DNA of 25,572 bases from a virus. Its lineage: Duplodnaviria > Caudoviricetes. Below, piece after piece: positions 15,721-25,042 of this stretch (position 1 is its first letter; each line of letters begins with the position of its first letter). The notes beneath the pieces are model-generated. The model was not told the origin of the DNA. It was given only the letters and a program-made list of their open reading frames with translations, and ran no database searches. Both the position numbers and the translations under genes were made by a program. Where the stretch lies: positions 1-25,572 of IMG/VR virus record IMGVR_UViG_3300037313_000684; one strand, 5' to 3'.

Positions 15721-17469
15721 ATGCCTGATCCCAACGCAGACCTCAACGGCACGTACGTCAACCCCAACTCGACGGCGTGGGGCGGCAATGCCGGCAAGTC
15801 GCCGATGGATCTGTACAAGGGTCCGACGGCGCCGGACGAGTACGGAATCCCGTCGCCGACAGATCCCACCGCCTGGAAACAAGCGGTCGAAGATGCTCGC
15901 GCCACGACGGGACAGGCTCAGGACGTCAATCGATATCGAGGAATGGCCGATGCTGCCTACGGACGGGGCGCCCCTTCGCTGCTGTACGGCAACGCATACG
16001 GCTACCTCGATTCGGCGAACGGCTATCTGGACGAATCCGCGGCGTCTCGCGGAATGGGCGTCGCGGACCGTGGCTCTCAGCTGTCCGCCCTCGCGCTCCA
16101 GCGCCAAGCTGCGGAGGGCTCGGCCCCGTCACAAGCGCAGCTCCTCGGTCGCAACATGCTCGATCAGAGCCTGCAAGCGCAGCTCGCGGGCGCCGCGAGC
16201 GCTCGTGGCGGCGGCATGGCTCAAGCGGCGGCGATGCGTCAGGCGGCACAAGGTGCGGCTGCGTTCCAGCAGCAAGGCACGAACAACCTTGCAGCAATGC
16301 GCGCGCAGGAGATGGCTACCGCGCGTGACGCATACATGAACGGCGCCACGAACATTCGCGGACAGGATTATATCGGCGCCAATAGCGCGACGGCGGCAGC
16401 GACGGCGGCCAACTCGATGGCTGGCACCTCGGCCGACATGGCCAAGACCCGAGCCGATATCGAACTGCGCAATCGCGCGCTAAACGACTCTGCCCAACAG
16501 TATTACGAAAACCTCGCGTTTGGAGTGAACCAATCCGCGCTGAATGCCAACATGGGACTCGCCGGCAATGCGCAGGCGAACGACCAGTTCCGCCAGCAGA
16601 TGGCGCAAGCGGAGCAGCAGCGCACCGATGCGATGATGGCCGCCGCGATGGGCGCTGGGTCGACCGTTATGGCAGGCGCCGTCACCCGCCGCGCGAGTGG
16701 TGGGCCGGTCACGTCCGGGCAGCCGGTGCTCGTCGGCGAGCGCGGCCCCGAGGTGATCGTCCCAACGCAAGCGGGCACGGTGCTTCCGGCGACCCACTCC
16801 GCGTCGCAGCGCGCGGCGCAGAAGACCATGTCGATGGCGGACGTGGCGAAGCTCCGTCAGGCAGCTGATGAGATCGAGCGTGGGCTCGAGCAGCAGAAGC
16901 TGGATGGTCCGTCGGCTCGCCGACTCGCAAGCGGCAGCCCCGAGAACGGGTACACGACCGAGCTCGTCCCCGCCGCCGAGCAGTCGTACGAGCGCTGGCG
17001 TCAGGCAACCTCGCCGTGGGACACCGGCGCGGATTACGACCTGCGCGGCGCGTACGCGGACGGAATGGATCGCGACCCGAGCGGCCACCTGCCCGATACG
17101 TACAAGAAACCAAACCACCCTACGTTTTCGGACGAATCCAAGTACGCCCCATATGGCAATCCCGGCCACTGGGTCGGCGAGCGCTTCGTCCCCGCAAAGA
17201 AGGTCATCACGATTGCGCCCGTCGTGATCGGCGATGGGCCGGAACGCGGCGGCATTCCGAACATGTCGTACGCAGCAAATCAGGTCGACATGTCCGTCGC
17301 CCCGCGCGAGCGCCTTTGGGGTGGTCGCGAGGATCCCTACACCCCCGACCCGTACTACGTGCCGCTCGACCACGCACCGCCGACGTGGGGCGGCCTCCTC
17401 TCCGGCGGCCGCGAGGATCCCTATACGACGCCGAGCATGGCTGGTGCCGCAAGCCGGAGGGCGGCGTGA
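15721..17469 (+). CDS. Internal virion (ejection) protein 1, multi-module
   Basis: Ala/Gln/Met-rich helical protein directly after the nozzle gene. Confidence 0.6.
   Translation: MPDPNADLNGTYVNPNSTAWGGNAGKSPMDLYKGPTAPDEYGIPSPTDPTAWKQAVEDARATTGQAQDVNRYRGMADAAYGRGAPSLLYGNAYGYLDSANGYLDESAASRGMGVADRGSQLSALALQRQAAEGSAPSQAQLLGRNMLDQSLQAQLAGAASARGGGMAQAAAMRQAAQGAAAFQQQGTNNLAAMRAQEMATARDAYMNGATNIRGQDYIGANSATAAATAANSMAGTSADMAKTRADIELRNRALNDSAQQYYENLAFGVNQSALNANMGLAGNAQANDQFRQQMAQAEQQRTDAMMAAAMGAGSTVMAGAVTRRASGGPVTSGQPVLVGERGPEVIVPTQAGTVLPATHSASQRAAQKTMSMADVAKLRQAADEIERGLEQQKLDGPSARRLASGSPENGYTTELVPAAEQSYERWRQATSPWDTGADYDLRGAYADGMDRDPSGHLPDTYKKPNHPTFSDESKYAPYGNPGHWVGERFVPAKKVITIAPVVIGDGPERGGIPNMSYAANQVDMSVAPRERLWGGREDPYTPDPYYVPLDHAPPTWGGLLSGGREDPYTTPSMAGAASRRAA
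17320..17427 (+). repeat. Intragenic duplication encoding GGREDPYT twice
   Basis: GGTGGTCGCGAGGATCCCTACACC (17320-17343) and GGCGGCCGCGAGGATCCCTATACG (17404-17427). Confidence 0.8.
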
Positions 17470-19328
17470 ACAGCATCGGGCGCCTCGGGCAGTTGTACAA
17501 CCTGTCACCGTCGACGCTCGCCGGCTTGGCCAACGTCGCCGGTGCACCGGCGGACAACTACGACGCAGAATTTGCTGCCGATCAGCAAGAGCAGCAGAAG
17601 TTCGCTGCCGAGAACGGTTTGCCACCAGTGACTCCACTGGCCCCGCCGCCGGCCACCGAGGACGGCGCGCGGCTGTACACGGACCCGAGCGCGAATTCGA
17701 AGGCGACCGGGCAACAGATGCCAATTCTCGCGGGAGGCCCGCTCGGCACGCCCGCGGCTGGCGCCGTGAAGCCCGAGCCCCCTCCGACGCCTCCCGGTGG
17801 CGCTCCGGAGGAAACCGCAGGGGCTGCTCCACCGGTGGCCTCCTATGTGCCCGCGCAGACGATTCCGGCGCATTGGCAGCCGGGCACCCACGAGGTCGAG
17901 GTCAAGCGCGGGATGAACCCGGATGCACTTGCGCCCGGCATGCTCGCCAAGGCCGAGGGCTACCAGGATGCAGATCAGAGCGCCGCGCAGAGGTACCAGG
18001 CCGCGCAGCTGAACCACGCCGCTGACGTAGACGCCGGGCGGTCTGCGGTCGTGCAGCTTGCCGCCGCCCAGAATCAGGCTCGCGCGCTCGACGCGCAACG
18101 AAGGGCATATATCGCCAGCGAGCACGAGAAACTCGACGCGCTAAACGCGCAGGCGAATGCCAAAGTGGACACCGACGAGGCATTTGTCGGCGGGAATATC
18201 GGCCGACTCGGCGCCGCCATTGCCATGGGCATCGGCCAATTCGCTGCGATCTGGAAGGGCGGTTCGAACGCAGCGATGCAGATCGTCAATGATGCGGTCA
18301 ATTCGACCATCGAGCGCCAGAAGGCGAACGCCGCCATCGCTCGCGGGGCCTTCGCCGACCGAAAGGATCTCTATCGCGAGAACCTCCAGGCTTTCGGCGA
18401 GGACCGCGCTGCGCTTGCGACAAAGATCCAGCTCCTCGATAAGGTCGCGCAGTTCGCCGACGAGCGACGCGCCAAGGCTGGCGCGCTTGCGAATGATGCA
18501 TCTTTCAACGACATGAAGAAGGCAATTGCCGTCGAGCGCGGGAATGCACTCGACCAGTTCGCAGAAAAGACCGAGGACCGCTACGCCGAGAAGATGAACG
18601 AGATGTTCAAGCCGGCTGCAACGGTCGGTGGCGCCGGCTCGATGAAGCGTGAGGGCAACCTCGTCACGCTCCCCGATGGGACCACGTTCGTCATGCCGAG
18701 CGACAAGACTGCAGAGGGAGCGATCGCGAAGATTCAGACGCTCGATCAACTCCAGCGGTTCAACAACGAGATCCTCAAGAATCGCGACAAGCTCTCGAAA
18801 CTCGACCCCGTCTATGACGCCAAGGATTACTTGGCGACAAAGAAGGTCTTGGAGGACATCGGCGAACAGAAGGCGGCCACGCTGTCCAAGTCGCTCGACC
18901 AAGGCGTCCTCAAGGATTCCGAATACGAGCGCGCCATGCAGAAGAACGTTGGTGTCCTGAACGGCCTGGGTGTCTTCAAGGGGAACCCCGTCGCCGCGGC
19001 GGAGCGTCAGGCCACGGACGAGATGCTTCGGACGCAGACGGAGCGGTGGGGCAAGGACATGCGCTCGCACGTCACCGCCGCTGGTGGCGCTGTCTACAAC
19101 CGCGGCTACGTCATCGACGCAAACGGTCAGCTCAAGCCCGCGGGCCAATACACCGGTCAGGACGCCGCTCCCACCGAGCACCTCGCGCCGAACGGCAGTA
19201 AGCCGCTCAGTGGGAAGGTCCAACTCCCGACGCCGGGCCCGAAGACGTCGACCCTTATTCCGCAAGCTCCGCGCATGGGATCCGTCCCCATGCCGCCGGC
19301 GGCGGCCCCGAAGAAGAAGGGGCGCTGA
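17466..19328 (+). CDS. Internal virion (ejection) protein 2
   Basis: GTGA overlap start after GGAGG, Pro-rich ends, helical core and hydrophobic segment LGAAIAMGIGQFAAIW. Confidence 0.6.
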   Translation: MNSIGRLGQLYNLSPSTLAGLANVAGAPADNYDAEFAADQQEQQKFAAENGLPPVTPLAPPPATEDGARLYTDPSANSKATGQQMPILAGGPLGTPAAGAVKPEPPPTPPGGAPEETAGAAPPVASYVPAQTIPAHWQPGTHEVEVKRGMNPDALAPGMLAKAEGYQDADQSAAQRYQAAQLNHAADVDAGRSAVVQLAAAQNQARALDAQRRAYIASEHEKLDALNAQANAKVDTDEAFVGGNIGRLGAAIAMGIGQFAAIWKGGSNAAMQIVNDAVNSTIERQKANAAIARGAFADRKDLYRENLQAFGEDRAALATKIQLLDKVAQFADERRAKAGALANDASFNDMKKAIAVERGNALDQFAEKTEDRYAEKMNEMFKPAATVGGAGSMKREGNLVTLPDGTTFVMPSDKTAEGAIAKIQTLDQLQRFNNEILKNRDKLSKLDPVYDAKDYLATKKVLEDIGEQKAATLSKSLDQGVLKDSEYERAMQKNVGVLNGLGVFKGNPVAAAERQATDEMLRTQTERWGKDMRSHVTAAGGAVYNRGYVIDANGQLKPAGQYTGQDAAPTEHLAPNGSKPLSGKVQLPTPGPKTSTLIPQAPRMGSVPMPPAAAPKKKGR

Positions 19329-21713
19329 GTGGCAGAGCCGACGAACACCGTCACAGCGCTTGCTCCGGACGGGACTCCGATCGAAATCCCTGCGTCCGAA
19401 GCGGCGACGCTGAATCGCGGGCAGGAAGGTCGCGTTCTCTCGGATGCCGAGGCCGCGCGCGTTCGTCACGATATCGACCTTCAAAAGAAATACGAAGGCG
19501 TCGAGGGATACGTTGCGCCTCCGCTCATCGGCGCGGCGCGCGGACTGTCCTTCGGTCTTTCGGACTTGATGCTCTCCGAAGTCCCTGGGATGCAGAAGCG
19601 TCTTGCGGATTACGAGGAGTACGCGCCGCAAGCAACGACGACCGGGGAAGTAGCTGGCATGGTGGGCGGAGCGCTTCTCGGCGCTGGCGCCCCTGGCGTT
19701 GCGAGCAAGCTCGGGCGCGCGGCCGAGGGGGCAATTGCGCGAGGCATCGGGGAAGAGTCTGCAATGTCCCGCGTTGCGTCCCGAGTCTTGGGCGGCGCGG
19801 CCTCGGGTGCAGTCGAGAACGGCCTCTATGAGGCTGGCAAGACTGCATCCGACTCGGTCATTTCGGACGAGCCGCTGACGGCGGAGAAGCTCGTCGCCGG
19901 AGCGAAGCACGGCGTTTTGCTTGGTGGCGGTGTCGGCGCCGTGCTTGGCGGCGCGTCGTCTCTCTGGCGCGAGTCGCGCCCAGCGACTCAAGCGCTTGAA
20001 GACATCGGAGCGGACGCGGATGCCGCGGTCAATGGTGGTGTTCGGCCGTCGTTGGAAGGTGCCTCGCCAAAGGGCACCATCGGCGACTACATCGCAAAGA
20101 CCGCTGACGTCAAAACCATCAAGGCGCTTGGTGGCTCGGCCGGCGATCTCCGCGCTCTTGAGGGCAGCGTCCAAGGCGGCTTTCGACGCGTCGCGCAGGA
20201 CATTCGAAGTGACGTCGAGGCGACGACGGGCAAGAGCTTCGGCCTGCACTCGCGCGAGTCGCTGAACGAGTACGCGGCTCAGCGCGTCGAGCAGCTCGGC
20301 GACAAGCTCGGGACCATGCTCGAACGTCTCGACGAAGGGGCGACCGGCATCGCTCCGAAGCCCGGTCGCCTCATCGATCAGGCTCGAAACGACATCATCA
20401 AGCCGAACCTCATCGAGAAGGCAGACGGCTCCTTTGTGACGCTCCCTGGCCAAGAGAAGGTAGTCAATGCTGTCGAGGGTTGGCTCGGACGCATCGAGGA
20501 TGCTTTCTCCGACCGCGCGCCGACCTTCAAAGAGTGGCAGCGCATTCGCGTTGGGCTCGACAAAGAAATCAATTACGCCGCCGCGAAGGTATCGCCGAAG
20601 GCGGCGGCGCTCCGACAGCTTCGCTCAGCCATCGAGGACGAGCTCGTTGCATCTGGCGAGTCGGCCGCGAGTTCGATGGGCTCAAGCTTCCAGGCCGATT
20701 ACCAGGCGACGAAGTCTTTGTATCAGAGCGTCAAGAAGGCTGCGGAGCTCACCGAGCGCGGTGTATCGCGCGACCTGGCAAACAACAGCCTTGGCCTCAC
20801 GTCGCGAATGGCCGGCATCGCTGGCGCTTCGGTCGGCGGCATCGCCGGCGGTCTGGCCGCCGGACTCGCGGGCAAGGTTGTGCAGAGTCACGGCGATCAA
20901 CTCGCTGCGGATCTACTAAGCCGAGCGGCGTCGATGAGCGGCGTACAGCGCATCGTCGGGCAGGTCGGTCGCGAGCTTGACACGGGCGTGAGCAAGCTCA
21001 TCGGAAAGACACTTCCCAAGGCGACTGCTGGCATCCCGGTGACGGAGGCGGCGACCGAGACGCGAAGCAAGGCAACTCCGCGCGAAAGTTTTGCGCGCAC
21101 GTCCGACGTGATCGCAAAGGCGTCGGCCAATCCAGCCGCGACCGTCAATCGAATCGAGCGCTCGCTCGGATCGCTTTCGGAGCACGCGCCGCGCACGGCC
21201 GATGCGGTCGTGCAGACGACCATCCGCGGCGTCGATTTCCTTGCGAGCAAGCTGCCCCCGTCGCGGCACGACCCGTACAGCCTGCAGCCGCAATTTCAGA
21301 CGAAATCGCGGGCAAGCGACACCGAGATCAGCCAGTTCATGCGGTACACGCAGGCCGTCGACGATCCACTCATCGTGCTTCGCGAGGCGAAGAGTGGCAC
21401 GCTCACCCGCGACCACGTTGAGGCCGTTCAGGCCGTGTATCCAAAATTGTATGACGAGATCCGCGGCGCGGTCTTTCGCTCCCTCGTAGAGTCAAAAAGC
21501 GAGATTCCGTACCAACGCCGAATTCAGCTCGGCATCCTACTCGACATTCCGACCGACAAGACGCTCTCACCGGACTTCAGAGAAGCGATTCAGGCCACGT
21601 ACTCCAGCGCCGATCAGGCTGGGGCGGAGTCACCGCCCACGACCAGCGCAGCTCCCGAAATCGCAGGCTCCTTCCAGACCGCCACCGAGCGGGCCACGGA
21701 GCGTGCGCAATGA
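19329..21713 (+). CDS. Internal virion (ejection) protein 3
   Basis: 794 aa helical protein with several glycine-zipper hydrophobic segments such as AGIAGASVGGIAGGLAAGLAG. Confidence 0.6.
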   Translation: MAEPTNTVTALAPDGTPIEIPASEAATLNRGQEGRVLSDAEAARVRHDIDLQKKYEGVEGYVAPPLIGAARGLSFGLSDLMLSEVPGMQKRLADYEEYAPQATTTGEVAGMVGGALLGAGAPGVASKLGRAAEGAIARGIGEESAMSRVASRVLGGAASGAVENGLYEAGKTASDSVISDEPLTAEKLVAGAKHGVLLGGGVGAVLGGASSLWRESRPATQALEDIGADADAAVNGGVRPSLEGASPKGTIGDYIAKTADVKTIKALGGSAGDLRALEGSVQGGFRRVAQDIRSDVEATTGKSFGLHSRESLNEYAAQRVEQLGDKLGTMLERLDEGATGIAPKPGRLIDQARNDIIKPNLIEKADGSFVTLPGQEKVVNAVEGWLGRIEDAFSDRAPTFKEWQRIRVGLDKEINYAAAKVSPKAAALRQLRSAIEDELVASGESAASSMGSSFQADYQATKSLYQSVKKAAELTERGVSRDLANNSLGLTSRMAGIAGASVGGIAGGLAAGLAGKVVQSHGDQLAADLLSRAASMSGVQRIVGQVGRELDTGVSKLIGKTLPKATAGIPVTEAATETRSKATPRESFARTSDVIAKASANPAATVNRIERSLGSLSEHAPRTADAVVQTTIRGVDFLASKLPPSRHDPYSLQPQFQTKSRASDTEISQFMRYTQAVDDPLIVLREAKSGTLTRDHVEAVQAVYPKLYDEIRGAVFRSLVESKSEIPYQRRIQLGILLDIPTDKTLSPDFREAIQATYSSADQAGAESPPTTSAAPEIAGSFQTATERATERAQ

Positions 21714-21723
21714 CGAGGCTGTC

Positions 21724-22104
21724 ATGTCTGAAGGCGTCTTTCTCGAGCCGCGGAATGCGAATACCAACGCTCTGCTGAGAAGCGGACCGTCGACCGCGTT
21801 CGGAACCGCAGGACTTTCCGTTACGGCAAAGCCTGGTTGTCTCTACCAATTCAACGCGATCAACACCGGCGCGACCGCGTACTACCTCCAGATCCACGAT
21901 AAGGCGACTGCACCAGTCGCTAGCGACGTCCCGATCTGGGAGATGCGCCTCGCAGCAAGCGGAGACCTTCCGACGAGCTTCCAGCTAGCCGGACTCTACT
22001 TCGCCAATGGCATCGCCTTCGCGATCAGCACGACGCCGCGCCTACTGACGCTGGCCGCCGCCAATGACTGCGTCGTCTACACCCGCCACACGACCGCGGG
22101 ATGA
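21724..22104 (+). CDS. Small beta-rich virion protein
   Basis: ATG 21724 after GAGG, located before the tail-fibre gene. Confidence 0.6.
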   Translation: MSEGVFLEPRNANTNALLRSGPSTAFGTAGLSVTAKPGCLYQFNAINTGATAYYLQIHDKATAPVASDVPIWEMRLAASGDLPTSFQLAGLYFANGIAFAISTTPRLLTLAAANDCVVYTRHTTAG

Positions 22105-22107
22105 GCC

Positions 22108-23589
22108 GTGAGCGGCGAGCCGAACTACTCCGTCGACTTCATCAGCCGCATGGTCGGCTCGGAGCGGTGTGCAATTGGCGATTGCCTCGTCTACGACACG
22201 ACCGAGCAAGGTTGGCGTGTCGCCAACGCCGCTAACCGTGCGAGCGCCAACGCGGGCACGCAAGCTGTCGCGATCACCGCCTGGGGCGTGTCGATCATTG
22301 GACAGGTCAGCGTGCAGGCCAGCGCCACCGTTGCGCAGGAGATCTCCGGACTCGCCGTACTCACTCCGACGACGACCAAGAAGCTTGTACGCACGTCCTC
22401 GACAGGCCGTCTCGAACGCATCGACGCGTACACCACCGGCGATGACGTCGTCGGTTACGCCACGTGGGACGGCCGCGTAGCGCTGCACCTTGGCCTGCCG
22501 TGGGAGATGATCTCCGCGCTCGCAGGCGGGTTTGCTGCCGGCGGCGATCTCACCGGCACGTCGACCAGCCAGACCGTCGCGAAGATCCAAGGCGTCGCGA
22601 TCAGCGGCACCGCCGCGAGCGGCAAGACGCTCGTCGCGAGCGGCGCGGCGGCGGCGAGCTGGCAGACGCCGAGCAGCGGCGCGAGCCCGGCCGGCGCGAC
22701 GGGCGACATCCAGGTCAAGCAGGACGCGACCACCTTCAACGTCGTCGGTCACTGGAAGGCCGTCGGGAACGCCGGCAAGCTCCGCGCGACATATTGGGAT
22801 GACGCGGATGGCGTGACGATTCGCGCTGGCATCGAAGTCTCGGCTGGCACATTCAATGATCCTCAAGTCTTTCCCGACTTCGGTCTAATCCGGCTGTCCA
22901 GCGTCTTTTACACGACTGGTGGATGGTCTCTGCTGACGATCACCAACCCCGCGGGCACATCCGAATGGGGCCTACTCGGTACCTCTGGGGGCCGATTCTT
23001 TATCGGCAATCCGGACCTGGTGGTGCCGACGGACATTTACGGGAATGGGATCACCATCAGCGGCGGCGCTACCGGGATTACGCAAGGCAACACCACCGTC
23101 TCTGGGAATATTACGGTCACGAGCAACGCGACGGTATCCGGGGTCCTCACTGCGACCACCCTCGGCCCTGCGGCCGGCACGCTGACGCTCCGGCAGAAGA
23201 CGACCTCGCAGCTAGGCGCCAACACCGGCGTCTCCACCACCGACAGCTTCGATGACTTCGCGCGCGTCCAGACGACCGACGCGACAACGACGAATCTCTA
23301 CACCTTCACGCTGCCGACGAACGCGGTCACGACCATCGACATCCGTGTTACCGCTTGCCAAAACAACACGTCATCCGCCGACGCGTGGGTTGGCACCGCA
23401 ACGTTCAAGAACGCGGCGGGAACCGTCGCAACCGTCGCCGCTGCGAATATCACACACCGCGGATCTACCGCGTGGACCGTCACCATCGACAACAGCACGA
23501 CGACCGCGCGCGTGCGTGTCACCGGCGCCGCCGCGACCACCATCGAGTGGGCCGTCGAGATTAGCTACCAAGTCACGAGGCAGTCGTAA
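22108..23589 (+). CDS. Tail fibre / receptor-binding protein
   Basis: Thr/Gly/Ala-rich, GGDLTGT...TVAKIQGV fibre motif, beta-helix-like TVSGNITVTSNATVSG and a beta-rich C-terminal domain. Confidence 0.65.
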   Translation: MSGEPNYSVDFISRMVGSERCAIGDCLVYDTTEQGWRVANAANRASANAGTQAVAITAWGVSIIGQVSVQASATVAQEISGLAVLTPTTTKKLVRTSSTGRLERIDAYTTGDDVVGYATWDGRVALHLGLPWEMISALAGGFAAGGDLTGTSTSQTVAKIQGVAISGTAASGKTLVASGAAAASWQTPSSGASPAGATGDIQVKQDATTFNVVGHWKAVGNAGKLRATYWDDADGVTIRAGIEVSAGTFNDPQVFPDFGLIRLSSVFYTTGGWSLLTITNPAGTSEWGLLGTSGGRFFIGNPDLVVPTDIYGNGITISGGATGITQGNTTVSGNITVTSNATVSGVLTATTLGPAAGTLTLRQKTTSQLGANTGVSTTDSFDDFARVQTTDATTTNLYTFTLPTNAVTTIDIRVTACQNNTSSADAWVGTATFKNAAGTVATVAAANITHRGSTAWTVTIDNSTTTARVRVTGAAATTIEWAVEISYQVTRQS

Positions 23590-24314
23590 TGCTCGGCCGC
23601 CTCCCGCTGTTCGCCCGCAATCAGGGGCTCATCAGGAGCCTCCCCTGGTCGCTGCTGCTCCTCCCGGGCGGCTACAACGGCTCGGGCACGTGGACCGGCA
23701 CCGCAAGCGCGGGTACGAGCGGCTCCACCAACCTCGTCGACAGCGGCTCAAACCCGCCGGGTCTCACGAGCAACTACGCCACGTTCAACGGATCGACGCA
23801 GCTCATCATCAGTACGCTCAACGTGGCAACACTCATCGCGCAGGCGGGGAGCACGATTATCAGCATCGTCCGCTTTCACGCGACGGGCCCGACTGGCGAC
23901 AACGCGATCCCGAACCTCGGGATGTACCTCGGACAGGGCAACAACGCATTTGGTCTCGTGCACGGTGCGGACACGACGGACGGCGTGAAATTCTACGCGC
24001 CGAACTCGAGCAATTCGAGTGTCGCTACTGCCAAGTCCGCAGTGACCCTCAACACCTGGTACATGCATATCGGTCGCTGGACCGGCGGTGCGGATAGGTC
24101 GCGACTGAATACGACGGACGCGACGGACGGCACGCTGAGCGGCGGCGCTGGGAGCAACGTGACGGCGCTCGCGAGCCTGCTCATTGGGCGCAGCTCCGGG
24201 AGCAATTACCAAAATATGGATCTGCGCTTCGTTGCGATCGCGCCGTCGATCATCTCCGACGCGGACTGCACCAGCATCTACAACGAGGCCGTCGGCCAAG
24301 GGTGGCTCACATGA
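23589..24314 (+). CDS. LamG/concanavalin A-like domain protein
   Basis: ATFNGS, VTLNTWYMHIGRW and LLIGR motifs plus a C-terminal helix. Confidence 0.6.
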   Translation: MLGRLPLFARNQGLIRSLPWSLLLLPGGYNGSGTWTGTASAGTSGSTNLVDSGSNPPGLTSNYATFNGSTQLIISTLNVATLIAQAGSTIISIVRFHATGPTGDNAIPNLGMYLGQGNNAFGLVHGADTTDGVKFYAPNSSNSSVATAKSAVTLNTWYMHIGRWTGGADRSRLNTTDATDGTLSGGAGSNVTALASLLIGRSSGSNYQNMDLRFVAIAPSIISDADCTSIYNEAVGQGWLT

Positions 24315-25042
24315 ATCTCGGGCTCGGTCTCTTCCTCGGCGCTCGCGGCGGCGGCGCCATCTTCGATCCGTCGACGGTCGCGAACATGTACCTACGATAC
24401 GTCGCCGCGAGCGCGGTCGTATCCAGTGGCGTTGCCTCCGTACCCAACACGGGAACACTCGGCTCGGCTGCCGGCGCGAATGACCTTGGGTGGGTCACGG
24501 CGAAGCCGACGTATGTCGCGGCGGACGCGCTGTTCAACAGTAAGCCGACCGTCCTTCACGATCTCAATTCGCTGCTCCGCACGCCGGGCAACCTCTCCGC
24601 GAATATCGTGCAGCCGAGCACGGCCTACGCATACACACGCGTCATCGACTCCGCGGAGACGAACAATCTATCGATCCGCATCGGGCGCGCCGGATCGACG
24701 GCGAACGCCTTGCCCCTGATCATCATCCCGAGCACCGACAACGTTCGCTATGGCGAATCGGGAACCGCGGGCACAACGATCACGTCAGCGGCATTGTTCG
24801 GCAAGCACATCACCTGCGTTGTCTACGACGGGGCGTCGACAGCGCTGTACGTCGATGACATGACAACGCCGCTCGCGACCGGACTTGGTGGCACGGGCGA
24901 CTGTACGTCGTTCGCGGTCGGCTTCTTCGCGACATCGGTGACGCCCGACTTTCGTTGGTCGGAGCAGATTGTCTACGGCGGCTCACATAACGCGGCCACG
25001 CGCGCGCTCGTCAAATCCTACTTCACGGGGACCTACGGATGA
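24311..25042 (+). CDS. LamG/concanavalin A-like domain protein
   Basis: ATGA start with FNSKPTV, HITCVVYDGASTALYVD and SEQIVY....N.A.R..V.SY motifs. Confidence 0.6.
   Translation: MNLGLGLFLGARGGGAIFDPSTVANMYLRYVAASAVVSSGVASVPNTGTLGSAAGANDLGWVTAKPTYVAADALFNSKPTVLHDLNSLLRTPGNLSANIVQPSTAYAYTRVIDSAETNNLSIRIGRAGSTANALPLIIIPSTDNVRYGESGTAGTTITSAALFGKHITCVVYDGASTALYVDDMTTPLATGLGGTGDCTSFAVGFFATSVTPDFRWSEQIVYGGSHNAATRALVKSYFTGTYG

Noticed and set aside
18141-20453. Long minus-strand ORFs (770 aa here, also 1781-3004, 5510-6862, 9647-11230, 16480-17832)
   Set aside because: They are antisense shadows of well-supported + strand genes, expected in high-GC DNA, and show no recognisable motifs.
15721-21713. 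Siphophage tape-measure gene and long tail
   Set aside because: No tail tube, sheath, chaperone or baseplate genes were recognised. Adaptor, nozzle and three helical proteins fit a short-tailed phage.
22108-25042. Diversity-generating retroelement or invertible tail cassette
   Set aside because: No reverse transcriptase, invertase, template/variable repeat pair or flanking inverted repeats were seen in the window.
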